63,790 bases of DNA, filler included, from Octopus bimaculoides (GCF_001194135.2; 7 parts of 7 records of this genome joined end to end with filler, not necessarily neighbours in it), one strand, 5' to 3'; positions 1 to 13,502 are shown, counted from the first letter of the whole stretch. The notes: generated by a model from the sequence alone, not told the origin. Translations and numbers: made by a program.

Positions 1-17
1 ATATATATACATATATA

Positions 18-176
18 CGACGGGCTTCTTTCAGTTTCCGTCTACCAAATTCACTCACAAGGCTTTGGTCGGCCCGAAGCTATAGTAGAAGACACTTGAC
101 CAAAGTGCCACGCAGTGGGACTGAGCCCAGGACCGTGTGGTTGGTAAGCAAACTACTTACCACACAGCCACTCCTG
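18..176 (-). mobile_element. tRNA-derived SINE, family B head
   Basis: Reverse complement of TGGCTGTGTGGTAAGTAG...GGAAACTGAAAGAAGCCCGTCG. The same head recurs near 4027, 10210, 23245, 30425, 57470, 59305 and 62200. Confidence 0.85.
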
Positions 177-736
177 GACTCGGACCATACTGGGGAACAC
201 CTCTTCAGTTTAGTCGGTCAAAACGATTGCGGTCAATCCCAAACGATTCATAAATCATTTTCTGTCGGCATCAATTAATGATTTGTTTTTTCTACAAATC
301 AGCAAAATAATATGCATCTGTGTGTATGTGTACGCGTCTATGTGTGCGCGCGCGCGCGTGTTCGTATCTGTGTATGCGTATACAAATATATGCATTATAC
401 ATAGAAACATATACGTATATTTCTTTGTATATGTATATACACACTTAAACACATAAATACACACACGCACATATGTATACTTATATGTATGTGTGTGTAT
501 GTGTACGTGTATGAATGTATGTAAACATGCATCTGTTTTGGCGTATATGCGTGTATGCTTATGTAAACGGATGTATCGGGTTCCCAGCAATCGTCCATTA
601 GAGAGGAAACTATAGGTTGTGATTTATTATAATCGTCTAAAGCCTCATAGAAGACGATGCTGCATCATGGTTGCAGTGGCAGTGAGTCTGAATCATGCAT
701 ACATACATACATACATACATACATATAAATATACAC

Positions 737-776
<40 letters not shown>

Positions 777-1394
777 NNNNNNNNNNNNNNNNNNNNNNNN
801 NNNNNNNNNNNNNNNNNNNNNNNNNNNNNNNNNNNNNNNNNNNNNNNNNNNNNNNNNNNNNNNNNNNNNNNNNNNNNNNNNNNNNNNNNNNNNNNNNNNN
901 NNNNNNNNNNNNNNNNNNNNNNNNNNNNNNNNNNNNNNNNNNNNNNNNNNNNNNNNNNNNNNNNNNNNNNNNNNNNNNNNNNNNNNNNNNNNNNNNNNNN
1001 NNNNNNNNNNNNNNATCATATTCATAAATATATATGCGCATGTTGTGCGTATATTTATTCATGTATATATGCATGTACTTCTATATTATTATTTTTATTT
1101 TAATATTAAATTAACAGTTAAATTCCATGCACAAATGAGGCTCATGGGCCACTTTTCTATTTAAAGAACTAATACCTACATACATGCATACGCGCATACA
1201 TACGTACGTAATACATACATACATGCATACATGCATTCATACAAACGTAGATACGTACATACACATACATACATAGATACATCCATACACACGCACCTAC
1301 ATACATGTATACATACATGCGTGCATGCATACACAAATACATACATACGCATATAGCCACACATACATATCTATATATACATCTTCCGTTGTAT

Positions 1395-2198
1395 TTTATC
1401 TTTTGTTTGCTTCATTCATTAGACCGAGGCAATGGTGGGGTACCACCCTGAAGAAATTTTCTCGAATGAGTCGACCTACTACTTACTTTTGAAACCTGTT
1501 ACTTGTTCAGTCGTATCTTTTCTGTCGAACCGCTAGGTTACGTGGGCGTCAACACACCAACACCGGTTGTCAAGCGGTGCCAGAGAACAAACACAAACAT
1601 ACTCACACAAACATACTCGCACGCACACACGCGCACACGCATACACATACACATACGTTTGCTCGCTCACGCATATATATATATATGACGGACTGCTTTG
1701 AGTTATCAAAATTCACTCTACCACAGTGGTTCTCAACCCGGGTCCACATAATACCCAAGGGTCCGTATATGATTTTTGGGGTTCCACACAGCAAAATAGT
1801 AGATTGGAGATCCACAATAGTATTTTAAGGGCCCCTGAAAAAATTTTGCTTTAGATCTATGTGTTGCTATGTATTGCAAAAAACAGCAAGGTTTCTTTCT
1901 CAAACATTTTACTTAATCCAACCTACACAAGTTAACGCGTAAAAAACAAAAGTGGAATTTTGAAAGAAATATCTATAGGGCTAGTTTTTAAGCATTGAAT
2001 AGCTATGGGGGTCCACCAGAATAAAATATCCATCAAAGGCGTCCACAGATTAAAATGGTTGAGAACTCCTGGCTCTACCAAATATACTTATGTAATGCTT
2101 TGGTTAGAGGCTAGAGTAGAAAGCATTTGCTAAAGGAGCCCATGCGGTGGGACTGAACCCGGAGGTTGGAAAACAGACTTTTTACCACGCAGCCACGA
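1395..2198 (-). mobile_element. Family B SINE (tail + CA/TA microsatellite + head) interrupted by a hAT MITE
   Basis: Tail at ~1395-1580 matches 22985-23165. The head is split around the insert at 1724-2072. Confidence 0.75.
1724..2072. mobile_element. hAT-Charlie-type MITE
   Basis: TIRs CAGTGGTTCTCAACC / GGTTGAGAACTCCTG. 8-bp direct repeat CTCTACCA at 1716-1723 and 2073-2080. Confidence 0.85.
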
Positions 2199-2422
2199 CA
2201 TATATATGTTCATATCTGTAAAAGAGAAGGCATTTTGTAGATTTTGGCTAATTCGTATGTTTGTACTAGTACATATTGTTTATTTGTTTTGTATATATGC
2301 GTGTATTTATATATATTTGTAAGTATATGTATAAACGCAGACTCACTCATGCACACCCCATCCCCTCCACATACTGAGGAACCGACACATTATATATTAA
2401 TTAATATATTAATTAATATATA

Positions 2423-2458
<36 letters not shown>

Positions 2459-3544
2459 TGTATGTATTAAATACAGTAAATGGATGTATATGTGTTTTGT
2501 ACATTCTCAATCTCCTCTCTTTCTCTCCCTCCCTCCCTCCCACTTCCTCTCTTACCTCCTTCTCTTTCTCTCCTTCCAGCTCTCCCTCTCTCTCTCCTTC
2601 TCCCTTTCTTTCTCACTCTCTCCACTTCCCCCGTCTTTCTGAGTACGTGCGTGTATCTGTGTGCGGTTGAGTGCCCGTCTGCCTGTGTTTGCAGACGAGA
2701 AGAAACATGGTATGAGAGAAACAAAATTTATTCTTCTCCGTGAGAACATTAAGTGGTTGATTTACACAGCTGACCACCCTCGTACGAGAGACTTTATCAG
2801 CGATTCGGTCAAGTTTATGTTTTGAGTCTAACGAAGCAACATAACAAAGATTCATTTCAGTGCAAATGATAAGATTTTATAGGACATCATTAAGTTTGTG
2901 ATGTGTTGGGTCTGTAAATATACGACTGAACTGGACAGTGGGACGGATCGAGTCGACCAACACTTGTCATCTATGAAGTCATAAAATAGAAGATAATTAA
3001 TGTTAGTTTATGTTTCGCATTCGTTGGCTGTGGGCTTGTCTCATTAGCGTTGTTATAAGCGTAAGATAATCCTTCGTACAACAACACCCACCGTATATAA
3101 TACGAATACCATACCATCCTGTCATTCTACAACAGACATTTTTACACACGCACTACACACACACACAAACACAGAGGCACACACACACACACACACACAC
3201 AGGCACACACACACACACGCACACACACACACACACAGAGGCACACACAAACGGACATCTTTTATCTCTTATTCTTTTAATTGACAGACATTTGACTGCG
3301 GCCATGCTGGGGCACTCCTCTGAAGGGTTTTAGTCGAACAAATCGACCCCCAGGACTTATATTTTAAAGCCCAGTACTTATTCTATCGGTCTCTTTTATC
3401 GCTTTTGCCGAATAGCTAAGTTACAAGGACGTAAACACACCAACGCCTGTTGTTAAGCAGTGGTTGGGGACAAACACAAATATAAACACATAAACACACA
3501 CACGCGCACACACACACACACACACGCACACACACACAGATATG

Positions 3545-3814
3545 GGATCTATGTTTTGATTAATTTTTTAACTAAGCAGTTTGAAACTTCGAATATTGGT
3601 AGAATTTCTCACGTAGAACAAGGTTTATTCTGAACGTTTTTTAGCAAATTTCGTACTTTAGAAGTTATTTCGTGTTAAAGTTGTCGTATTTGGGTAATTT
3701 CAACCAATCCACGACGTGTATTCAGTTGAAGACAGCTACTGCTGTTTGCGATAGAAATTCTACCAGTATTCGAATTTTCAAACTGTTTAGTGAAAAAAAT
3801 TGATTAAAAGATCT
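3545..3814. mobile_element. Palindromic MITE
   Basis: ~60-bp imperfect TIRs (…gtttgaaacttcgaatattggtagaatttct / agaaattctaccagtattcgaattttcaaac…). A second, truncated copy lies at 22281-22470. Confidence 0.8.
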
Positions 3815-3834
3815 GTAGTTGAGATGGAATAGAT

Positions 3835-3975
3835 CCTCACCTTGTTCCTTTCTGTGGAAGAACATAAGCTCGAAACGTAAAAGACTTTTTCACTTCCCGA
3901 GCGTCAAAGTAATACACCTGTTTGTTGTCTACAACACCTGTCTTCGTCTTTTTGTTTTTGTGAATTCTCCATCCC
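3835..3975 (+). mobile_element. Short Penelope-type repeat with a hammerhead-like motif, followed by (TA)n
   Basis: Aligns over ~130 bp to 26165-26330 (minus strand). Contains CTTT-CTGTGGA-A-GAAC-ataa-GCTC-GAAAC-GTA-AAAG. Confidence 0.65.
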
Positions 3976-3978
3976 CCC

Positions 3979-4026
<48 letters not shown>

Positions 4027-4028
<2 letters not shown>

Positions 4029-4195
4029 CGAGCTTATTTCAATTTCCGCCTAACAAATCCACTTACAATACTTTATTCGGCCCGGGGTTATAGTAAAAGA
4101 CACTTACCCAAGGTGCCCTGCAGTAAGACTGAACTTGGAACCATGTGGTCGGAAAGCAAGCTACTTACTACACAGCCACGCCTGCGACTATAATC
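4027..4195 (-). mobile_element. Family B SINE head
   Basis: Similar to 18-176. Confidence 0.8.
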
Positions 4196-4239
4196 AAAGA
4201 TGCATTCACAGGTGCTTACGTACACACATACACGAAAGC

Positions 4240-4700
4240 AAATAGGAGAGCGAATCTGAAAGACGTTTTGAAATACCTTCTGTGTGGGAATATCTCGATT
4301 GAATGAGGGATTAAATGAGATTAACTTTCCATTTCTAACTTTCTTCCTGTTCGGGATCGGAGTGGGGAACATCCTCTATGTACACTAATTTATCGGTAAA
4401 GCCACACCTCGCTAGTGCCTCGTTATAATGGGTGCAGGCCTGTTGAAGAACTCTCTACCTGATAACAGATTAGAGATTGTTGTGTTGAATTTGTGGTTAG
4501 CTTTCTAATTACAGCTAAGGTGGTGATAGCTGAAGTTTCTAAGGATGAAAGCAGTTTTCTTGCTAGGTTTCTGTAGATGTAGGGGAACTTGTGCTTAATC
4601 GAGAAAACTTTCGTTGTGGTCTCATAAATGCACAGCAGGCATATGATATATGACGACGACAAGTACTTTTTTGTCTCGGAATGAATGAAGTACTCAATGG
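4240..4700 (-). mobile_element. Penelope-like element remnant (post-RT linker)
   Basis: Frameshifted translation ISNLLSGREFFNRPAP..YNEALARCGFTDKLVY and RKKVRNGKLISFNPSF resembles the PLE motif ISxLS..F..AAP.YN.AL..SG..L.Y..RKR.I.WFNPPF. Confidence 0.6.
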
Positions 4701-7324
4701 GAATGTAGAATTAAATGTATGTACTATATTGTCCATTAAAGATAATGTGTAATTACATCAAGTCTCATGTCTAGTCAAAACTAATCAATCTTCACGGGGA
4801 AAACAAATGATGTAGGCGTGTTATTTACCACGGGTAGAGATACTGAATGGAAAATAAAATTTAAAAAATATGTATATGAATAAAGTATAAAGATGAAATT
4901 TATAAACATTGAAGAAGTATACGCCTCAAGTAGAAATGGAAATTAACGATGATATATATCTAGAGATATATATCTAATGAATTACAATTCAGGAATGTCA
5001 AATAATGAGAGATCTTAAAGGGTAGTAAACAGAAAATGATCTACATTATTAATTAGAAAAATATGAGGTTGAAAATATTAGTGACTGTTAGTTGATATGA
5101 TAGAGCTAACTAAGTATTAATCTATTTATTCTTTTAAGATAAAAATTGACATCCTTTTCTAAAGATTTCTGATTTTGGATTTAGAATATTTTCAGATGTA
5201 TTATTCTTTTACTCTTTTACTCTTTTACTTGTTTCAGTCTTTTGACTGTGGCCATGCTGGAGCACCACCTTTAGTCGAGCAAATCGACCCCAGGACTTAT
5301 TCTTTAGAAGCCTAGTACTTATTCTATCGGTCTCTTTTGCCGAACCGCTATGATGAATTTTGTTTCTGAAACTCCACTCAACTGTAGAAAACCAGCACCT
5401 ATTAACTTCCGCTTCTGCTGATCTTCCGTCTGATACTGAAATCAGATGTATGTGTTTATTTTTTTAATTCCATATGTAATTGGATAATTTTTTTTTTTTG
5501 TTTTTGTAATTTTCTTCTATAAATCTGAAAAAAAAAGTACGACCGCTGTATGTTTTTTTAAATTTACCTTCTATGATATTTACCGTGTTTTCACACTATA
5601 TCAAAGTAATATCAAGGTTTGTCATAGTGGAAGTGGTTTGTAAGTCCATATATAGTATCTTTAGCTTTACGTAACTGAATGGTGAGCATTTTCTTTTTTA
5701 ATATCTTCCGTTATCCTTTGTTAATTTAGTTGGCTTACAATTTTTTCTAAGCTATTTCACGTTACGGGTACTGCTGTAACTCACTTTAAAACTGCCTCTG
5801 GCAATTAATTATAAGCGACAGTGATTGTGGGGAAAGACTTATTAGCAATATTTCACTTACATTTAAGAATAAGGATGTATAAAACCAGATGAAATTATAT
5901 TTAGGGGCACTGATTTATGTGAAGTATTATATCTTTGAATCCACTCGCTTTTAGTGCATCATTATAATACGTACGGATGTATATATTTATATATGTGCAT
6001 GTGTATGTGGTTCGTTTACAAACAGGAGGAAAGGAACTCAATATCTAAAAGTACTGTTTATTCATTTATTCAAATATATATGTCACTATTCTAGGTTACC
6101 CTTTTCTTCACATGGGACTACACAATGACAGTAACTGAAACTTAATGAGAGGTTAATTTTGGACCCATTAATATTTAAATAGAAATATGTTGGACTTATG
6201 CTTCGCTCCAAGAGGGCGTACAAGAAGCGTATCGGTGCCAATATTCGTACATTTACATATAATATCTGAATAAATGAGATTTGTATTGTTAGCGTTCAAT
6301 TTGAACAATTTCAAGCGAACATCTGAGTGTTTCCATAGAGACAGATATATCTGCAGAGGAATAAGTTCTGAGGAAGAAAGAATGGTTTTAATTCTAAAGT
6401 ATATCTACTTAGCGAGACTCTGATAGAGAGAAGTGAAGAGAATGCCGGTGAATAGAGTATGTAGAAGTGGCAATCACTCAGAAATCAAATTAACAATTAT
6501 ATCTTAATTAATTTTCTCAGCTGAGCAAACTTCGAGGAACATCCTCATCAATATCATCATCATGAAAAGCAACAATATCAACAAAACAATTTCTTATCTA
6601 ATATGTTTCTATTAAAATAGTTATATAACATTTCTGTATTTCTGTTTAGCAATATTCATTTTTGCAGCTTTCATAACGTCTTCAGCTTTAGTCATCCTAA
6701 TCAGATATCTTACAATTTTAATCAGAGAGATTAACTATACTTTAAGATGAAGTCTTAAAGATTTAAAACAATCCCAGGTAGATATCCTCTCTAAATAATT
6801 ATTTTAACATCTCTTCCCATGCTACATTTAAAAAAAATTTCGAATTTATTTATAATTTTGTTATACTGGCATCAAATTGGAATCCTACGCACTAAATCTA
6901 AAGCAATTTAACTCCATGCTGAGTTGAGAAACACATCTAAGTTTCTTGAAAATACCACATAACATAAGGATATGTACAGTTTGTTGGTAGGCCTCTAAAT
7001 TTAGTTTGAACCTCTTTTTTGGATTGGTCTAAATAATATTACATCACCGATATACATAAATATTTAATATCGCGGAACATATCTAAAAATGCAAATATTC
7101 GCATAACCTTGTGTATTTAGTGATTCTTTCATCAACACGTTGGCATCTATGGGCTTCACTATGAAGGATGCAATCAGACCGAAACTTGACTGGGATTATC
7201 TCTTGTATTTGCCGAAAATAATGAAAATAATATTTGTCGTTGGGTAATGTGGAGTTTAAACCATATCTAGTTCTTCTTAAAACTCATTATACTTAATCTA
7301 ATCTAACATATCACATGTATTAGC

Positions 7325-7625
7325 CGGAGTGGTGTCCTTATCTTGGTTGTTACTTTTCTGTACCTTTCGGCTGTGTAAGCTCTAGTCTTCTTCAGGTGTC
7401 TTGTTATATACTTTAGTGCCTTGCTTGGTATTGAACTCAGAACCTCTAGGTGACAGCACTACATTAACAAGTGCCTTTATATACCACTCTATGCTCGTAA
7501 CCAGTATCAATGTTCAATTCTAGGCAAAGCACTTACGTGGATCACAAGGCACCTGAAAAAAGCTGGAGTGTACACAGCCGAAACCTAGTGAAAAGAACAA
7601 CCAAGATGAAGATACTATTTCGATT
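7325..7625. mobile_element. Inverted pair of Penelope-type terminal repeats, each with a decayed hammerhead motif
   Basis: Minus copy ~7325-7400 and plus copy ~7548-7625 both match CACCTGAAGAAGGCTG..CAGCCGAAAC..AAAAG.AACAACCAAGAT. Confidence 0.6.
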
Positions 7626-7654
7626 AGTACATAATATAAATTCCTTATCTCGGA

Positions 7655-8200
7655 AATATAGAATTCTACTATACCATGTTGGAAATTACTGTATCCTGGG
7701 AAGGGCACATAGAGGAGACTCTGGAAGAAAGCTTACGAAATATAAGATGTTGGTGGAACAGTGCAGAAATCAAGACTGGAGAACGCACTGAGAGCCAACA
7801 GAAGAAAGGCTATCTCGCTTTTGTGCGGCATTCACTCCCGCAAAACTGTGATTGGTCTTGGAGTTACTGGTGAAGCAAAGACGGGGTGGATATGTATTCC
7901 ATCAGCAAAACTGCAGTGAATGCCACTGGATGACTTTGAGTAAAAGATGGTAGACCGGTGGTTTGCTGGTACTAAGATGCAAGTATGGACTTGATCCCTC
8001 CCATCTTGGTCAACTGAACGAGGTATGTGGGGTTGGAGTCTGATGCTGAAAGACCCCCAAACCACGTAAGACCCCCAAACCACGTAAGACCCCCAAACCA
8101 CGTAAGACCTCAAACCACGTAAGACCCCCAAACCACGTAAGACCCCAGGAACATCACTTATAATGAATCCCAGACCATCCGTGAGATGTGTCTTGAAATT
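7655..8200 (+). mobile_element. Hero (R2-group) LINE 3' remnant: restriction-like endonuclease and 3' UTR
   Basis: Frameshifted EITVSWEGHIEETL..RKLTKYKMLVEQCRNQDWR..GLGVTGEAK resembles the Hero ELTVPWE..EEA.ERK..KY..L...C motif. 3' UTR motif GTCTGATG.TGAAAGACCC..ACATCAC. Confidence 0.7.
8050..8148 (+). repeat. 18-bp tandem repeat (AAGACCCCCAAACCACGT) x ~5.5
   Basis: Directly visible. One unit is a 17-bp variant. There are no spacers. Confidence 0.95.
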
Positions 8201-9154
8201 AGGTATTATACACGTGCACGCATACAGGGACATTTATATGTATATATAAATATATATATAACTGAATCTTAAGAGTTAATTTCTATTATGAGGAGAAAAT
8301 AACATATATAGGAACAATATGCTACTTTCTCTCGAAACAATAATGACATACACCAGCCTCCAAAGAATAGTTAGCAGAGCAGTCAGAAACTTATATGTAG
8401 TCGAAAACGTAAGTATTTCCACGGTTTATCTCACAGCATCACCCAAAATATGAAAATCAGTGGATACGGCATATTTGTGTTCATCGAGGCCTGTCAATAT
8501 CTTGCTAATGTAAGCTATATGAAAGTATGTTAGAGATTCAATGAATTCTCTATATCTCCACATTACTGCCAGAATTAGTTTTTTTTTTCCTGTTTAGCAA
8601 GACATATTGAGCAAAAAAGGCTACTTTCTAGAATTCACAGCAGGTGGCAATATGTTTTGTGCTCCTGACAAATGATATCATGTTGTAGGTATTCTTAGAA
8701 TATTGCTGTGTCAAGTTTCCTTAGACTTGCCTCTCTGTGTATCACTTTCCAGGATCCACAACGTCGCAATGTTGAAACGTCTATGCTTTGCTAAGCACAG
8801 TATGCGTCCAGCTAGACACAGGCGACACTCTATCACAATATCTGTGGAATGTCTTCATTGGTAATATGATCGCGATAAGTGACACATAATATCCTACGTA
8901 AACATTGTTGGCAAAAGCAACAACTTTCATGTTTCCCTGTGAGTCTCTGATAGTATTCGCCGGTGGTTTGTGTAGGTTATAGTAGTTTTAAATACGTAAA
9001 TCTTAGAGTAATGATAATTCCTTTTTTGTTTCTTTTTTCTCTCTGTTTTTTTCTTCCTTGTTGTCCATCCATATTAGAATCATTCTTCGGATTATTGCTG
9101 TCGCTTTGCTATTTGTATGATTTACACCTGTCTCTAGTAGTTCTACGTGAAGAT

Positions 9155-9385
9155 GCGCGAACTAGTGGTTCGGTTGTTGCACTTCCGATTGCAAGATCAC
9201 AGTTTCGATTCTAGGACCTGGCAGGGCATTGAGTTCTTCAGCAAAACACTTCATTTTGCTTCGGTCCAGGCCATTCAAAGATAAAAGAGTGTCCTTCGAC
9301 AGACTGGCGTCCTATTCAGGTGAGTGGGTTGGTCACTTGGGTTGGTACAATGGAGCCCTGGCAACTGGACCTATGAGTCATAGAA
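9155..9385 (+). mobile_element. Old tRNA-derived SINE with a CORE-like middle
   Basis: A/B-box-like head (TAGTGGTT..GTTTCGATTC) followed by GACAGACTGGCGTCCTATTCAGG..GCCCTGGCAACTGGACCTATGAG. Confidence 0.55.
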
Positions 9386-9856
9386 CTTGAGATAGTACTT
9401 ACTAATATTGCTCTATTGCCAACGTTGTTGAGATACTCAGAATTATTTATTTGTTATTTAACCGCTGATAACCTCTGAAGGAACAGAACTACAATCAAAT
9501 GGATTCTGACCGTGTCATCTCCAGCATATTTTCAGATATTTAGTTCTACATTATTATATTTCATTTTTTTTAAAGATAACATGTTATGATTTAAGGAAAA
9601 TTTTGCTGCTATTTTTAACAAAGTTTGTGACAACATAGAGATTCTGACGTTGGTTTCTGCTGTCCAAAAACGTCTATACTGACGCCTGTGATACTTTGTA
9701 TATATTTACCTGTGTAATGCCGAATATTTAGCCAACTTCCGAGAGTATAATTTAACCTTTTTTCTTTATCTTTTATCCACCCAGCTGCTTAGGTCAAAAC
9801 ACTTATTCTGAAAAAGCGTGAAACTTTATGCATAAAATCTGGAGCAATTTCAGTAT

Positions 9857-9907
<51 letters not shown>

Positions 9908-10629
9908 TACTTCCCGTCGCATTTAAGAAATTTTTATTCAGTTGGGCAGTCATTCATAGTTTTCGTTTTAGCATATGGTTTGCTGTACGTACATGCTATT
10001 GACTGCACGCAGCAAGGCAGAAATACGTCCAACGTTCTCGCTAACCGCTATTAAGACGATTTTTGCCTCTGTTCTTTATGTATTATGTTTTTAAACACAC
10101 CACGTCCATAAGAGATATCTCAGTATGAATACTGCATTAAATTTCTCTTTCGACAATGTATTTACATTAAATGTGACACCTTCTCCCCATATATATATAT
10201 ATATATATATGGTCCTGGTTCAGTCCCACTGTGTGGTACGTTGGACAAGTATCTTCTACTGTAGATTCGAGTCGAAAAAAACCTTGTGAGTGGATTTATT
10301 AGAAGGAAACTGATAGAAGCCCGTCGCATGAAATATAATGTGTGTGTGTGTATCTATGTGTGTGTGTGTCTATGCGTGTGTGTGTATCTATGTGTGTGTG
10401 TGTCTATGTGTGTATGTATATGTGTGTCTGTATATTTATGCGTGTATGTATGTGTGTGTTTGCATGCAAAAGTGTATATGTATGTGTACTGGAAAAAGAT
10501 GAATATGTAGAAAGAATATAGTTATTTATCAATCATTTATTAATCATCATTTATCACGAAACCTCTTTCTCATTTCCTTGTCTTCCTGTTTACTACCGTC
10601 TCTTAAATTATCTGTGCGTACTCTCTCAC

Positions 10630-10767
10630 TCATACTCTTTGTCTGTCTGTCTGTCTGTCTGCCAGCCCCCTTTCTCCTCCTCCTCTCTCTCTCTCTTTCT
10701 GTCTCTGTCTCTCTTTCTGTCTCTCTCTCTTTCTGTCTGTCTGTCTGTCTCTCTGTCTGTCTCTCTG

Positions 10768-10864
<97 letters not shown>

Positions 10865-10870
10865 CTCTTC
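10630..10870 (+). repeat. (CTGT)n/(CT)n microsatellite
   Basis: Directly visible. It is the source of the spurious SLSLSL/ERERE ORFs. Confidence 0.95.
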
Positions 10871-11320
10871 AACTCCTAACTATAAAAACTCGAACGTTTT
10901 GTTCCGCTTTGCCTTCACTTACCTCCCTTTACTTCCAAACCTGATCCGTTCTAACATCTTAATTTTCTCTTCGCTTATTTTCTCCTTTGTGCTCCACCGA
11001 GCTTCCACTTTGATCTTCCTATGTTTTCTTCTTTCCTTTCACTCTCCTCTCAACCTTTCTCCGTCACCTCCAACATTATCAAGCCCTTCCTTTCTTTTCA
11101 AACTCTCATTAAAAGAATGTATTTTCAAATTCCCTTTCGCCATTTTGTTAATTGATACTCTATTTCACCTAACGGTATTGAATAATATCGTTTTCTGTCA
11201 GACTACTTCTAACACACACACACACACACACACATACACATACTCTCTCTCTTTTTCTCTCTCACACACACATACGCACAGAGGCACAAGTACACGCATA
11301 CTCTATCTTCCCACTATCTG

Positions 11321-11401
<81 letters not shown>

Positions 11402-12732
11402 CTGTCAGTCTGTCTGTCTGTCTATCTATCTATTTGTCTGTTTATCTACTTGTTTCAATATATGTGTGAATATATGTATGGTTCTGCTTGCTTCTCTCTT
11501 CNNNNNNNNNNNNNNNNNNNNNNNNNNNNNNNNNNNNNNNNNNNNNNNNNNNNNNNNNNNNNNNNNNNNNNNNNNNNNNNNNNNNNNNNNNNNNNNNNNN
11601 NNNNNNATTCATATATACGTGTATATATATATATACATATATGTATATATATGTACACACACGCATATATATACACACATGTAAGTGTATCTTGTGTGTC
11701 CAAATAGATGGACAACTGTTGCTGTTACGTTTAGACCTCTACGTAGATGACCATCGTCCAGTCTGCTTGCTGTACAGTGGTCGAGCAACTACCACAGTAG
11801 TTATGATATACAGAGCAAATGTAACTTCTCCTGCATTTGCATATGCATATGTTCACACACACACACATACACACACACACACACACATTCACACAAATAT
11901 ATGTGCACCATATGCAACACACACTTTTCTGAAAGTTGCTTTTTTTTTTCTCTTTCTCTCTTGCTTTCTGTCTTTATTTATCTCCATATATATCCCTAAA
12001 TTTTCCGTATCTGACCCAACACACCACCTCCACCTCTACTAACTATATCCCCCCTCTCTCTCCCTCCCCCTTTCCCTCGCTTCTCCATTGGTTTCTTACT
12101 GCAGTTCTTCCACTCTTCACTCTTTCACTCTCTTTTTTACCCATCTTCCTTCGTCCTCTCTTCCCCATCGTACACCCGTGTCAGATGGCAAACGTTTGTT
12201 GTTATAAGACGCTGTTTATTCAATCTAAGTACGAAGCTGACCTGCCGGCGCGTTACAGCTATGCGCACTTGTGAAACACGCTCAGCGAAGTAAAAGAGGT
12301 AAAAGAAAAAGAAGGGAGTAAAAACTAAGATATATTCGCTGTCGGCTCAACTAAAACTTATTCTCGCTGTCTCATTTGATCGATCGTCTGCCTCTCTACA
12401 TAGCACCTGTTAAGATGACAAGCAGACGTGTGATATGGCTAGTGTAGAAGAGACGCCTGGTGGTAATGAAGGAATTTAGAAATGGTGGAAAGGGGAATAA
12501 GTGTGTAAGTAAAGACTAAATTCGTTTCACGCAAAATGGCAGCTAATTTCTCGCACGCTTTTTTTTATCCAGTTACACTCTGGTACTGACCCCAATCTTT
12601 TAACTTTCCCTCATTTCATTCATTGGACTGCGGCTGTGCTGGAGCACCTCTTCGTTGGGATTTGGCCTAATAAATCGACCCCGGTATTTATTTTTTTAGG
12701 TACAGCATTGATTCTAGTGTTATCTTATACCA

Positions 12733-13058
12733 GTGAAGGCGCGTGGCTTAGTGGTTTGGGCATTCGGCTCACGATTGTAAGGTCGTGAGTTCAATTCCCG
12801 GCGACGCGTTGTGTCCTTGAGCAAGACACTTTATTCCACGTTGCTCCAGTCCACTCAGCTGGCAAAAATGAGTAGTACCAGTATTTCAAAGGGCCAGCCT
12901 TGTCACATTCTGTGTCATGCTGAATCCCCCTGAGAACTACATTAAGGGTACACGGGTCTGTGGATTGCTCAGTCACTTGCACGTTAATTTCACGAGCAAG
13001 CTGTTCCGGTGATCGTATCAGCTGGGACCCTCGTCGTCGTAACCGACGGAGTGCACCT
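12733..13058 (+). mobile_element. tRNA-derived SINE, family A-related subfamily
   Basis: A box TGGCTTAGTGG, B box GAGTTCAATTCC, 3' half shared with family A. 12-bp TSD TATCTTATACCA (12721-12732, 13059-13070). Confidence 0.9.
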
Positions 13059-13467
13059 TATCTTATACCAACCGTTGAGTAACGGAGTCATCAGCAAACC
13101 AACACCGGCTATCAAGTAGGGTGGGGAAGACGAGCACATACACAAACGTGTGCGTGCGTGCGTGCGTGCGTGGACTGCTATATATATATATATGGTGGGG
13201 TTGTGCGTCTGTGTACATATAGTTATACGTTATTAGTTAATAAATCGTATGGTATACATCTGGCAGTTTGCCGGTAAAGCACGATCGCTAACTCAGTGCT
13301 CGCTAGGTATTTTGACTAATGGGAGAGAGACGGAAAATGCTATATGGGTCGAAAAACTATAGCGATCAATAAAGATTCACGTATCTTCCATCTTCCGTCT
13401 CTCTCATTAATCAAATAAATATGTGTGCGTGCGTGTGTATACATGCAAGTACACACACATTCTGAAG

Positions 13468-13502
<35 letters not shown>

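Noticed and set aside
8050-8148. CRISPR-like array
   Set aside because: The units are contiguous with no spacers, the context is eukaryotic, and there are no cas genes.
8700-8900. piggyBac C-terminal Cys-rich remnant
   Set aside because: It needs several frameshifts to see, and no TTAA-bounded TIRs were found.
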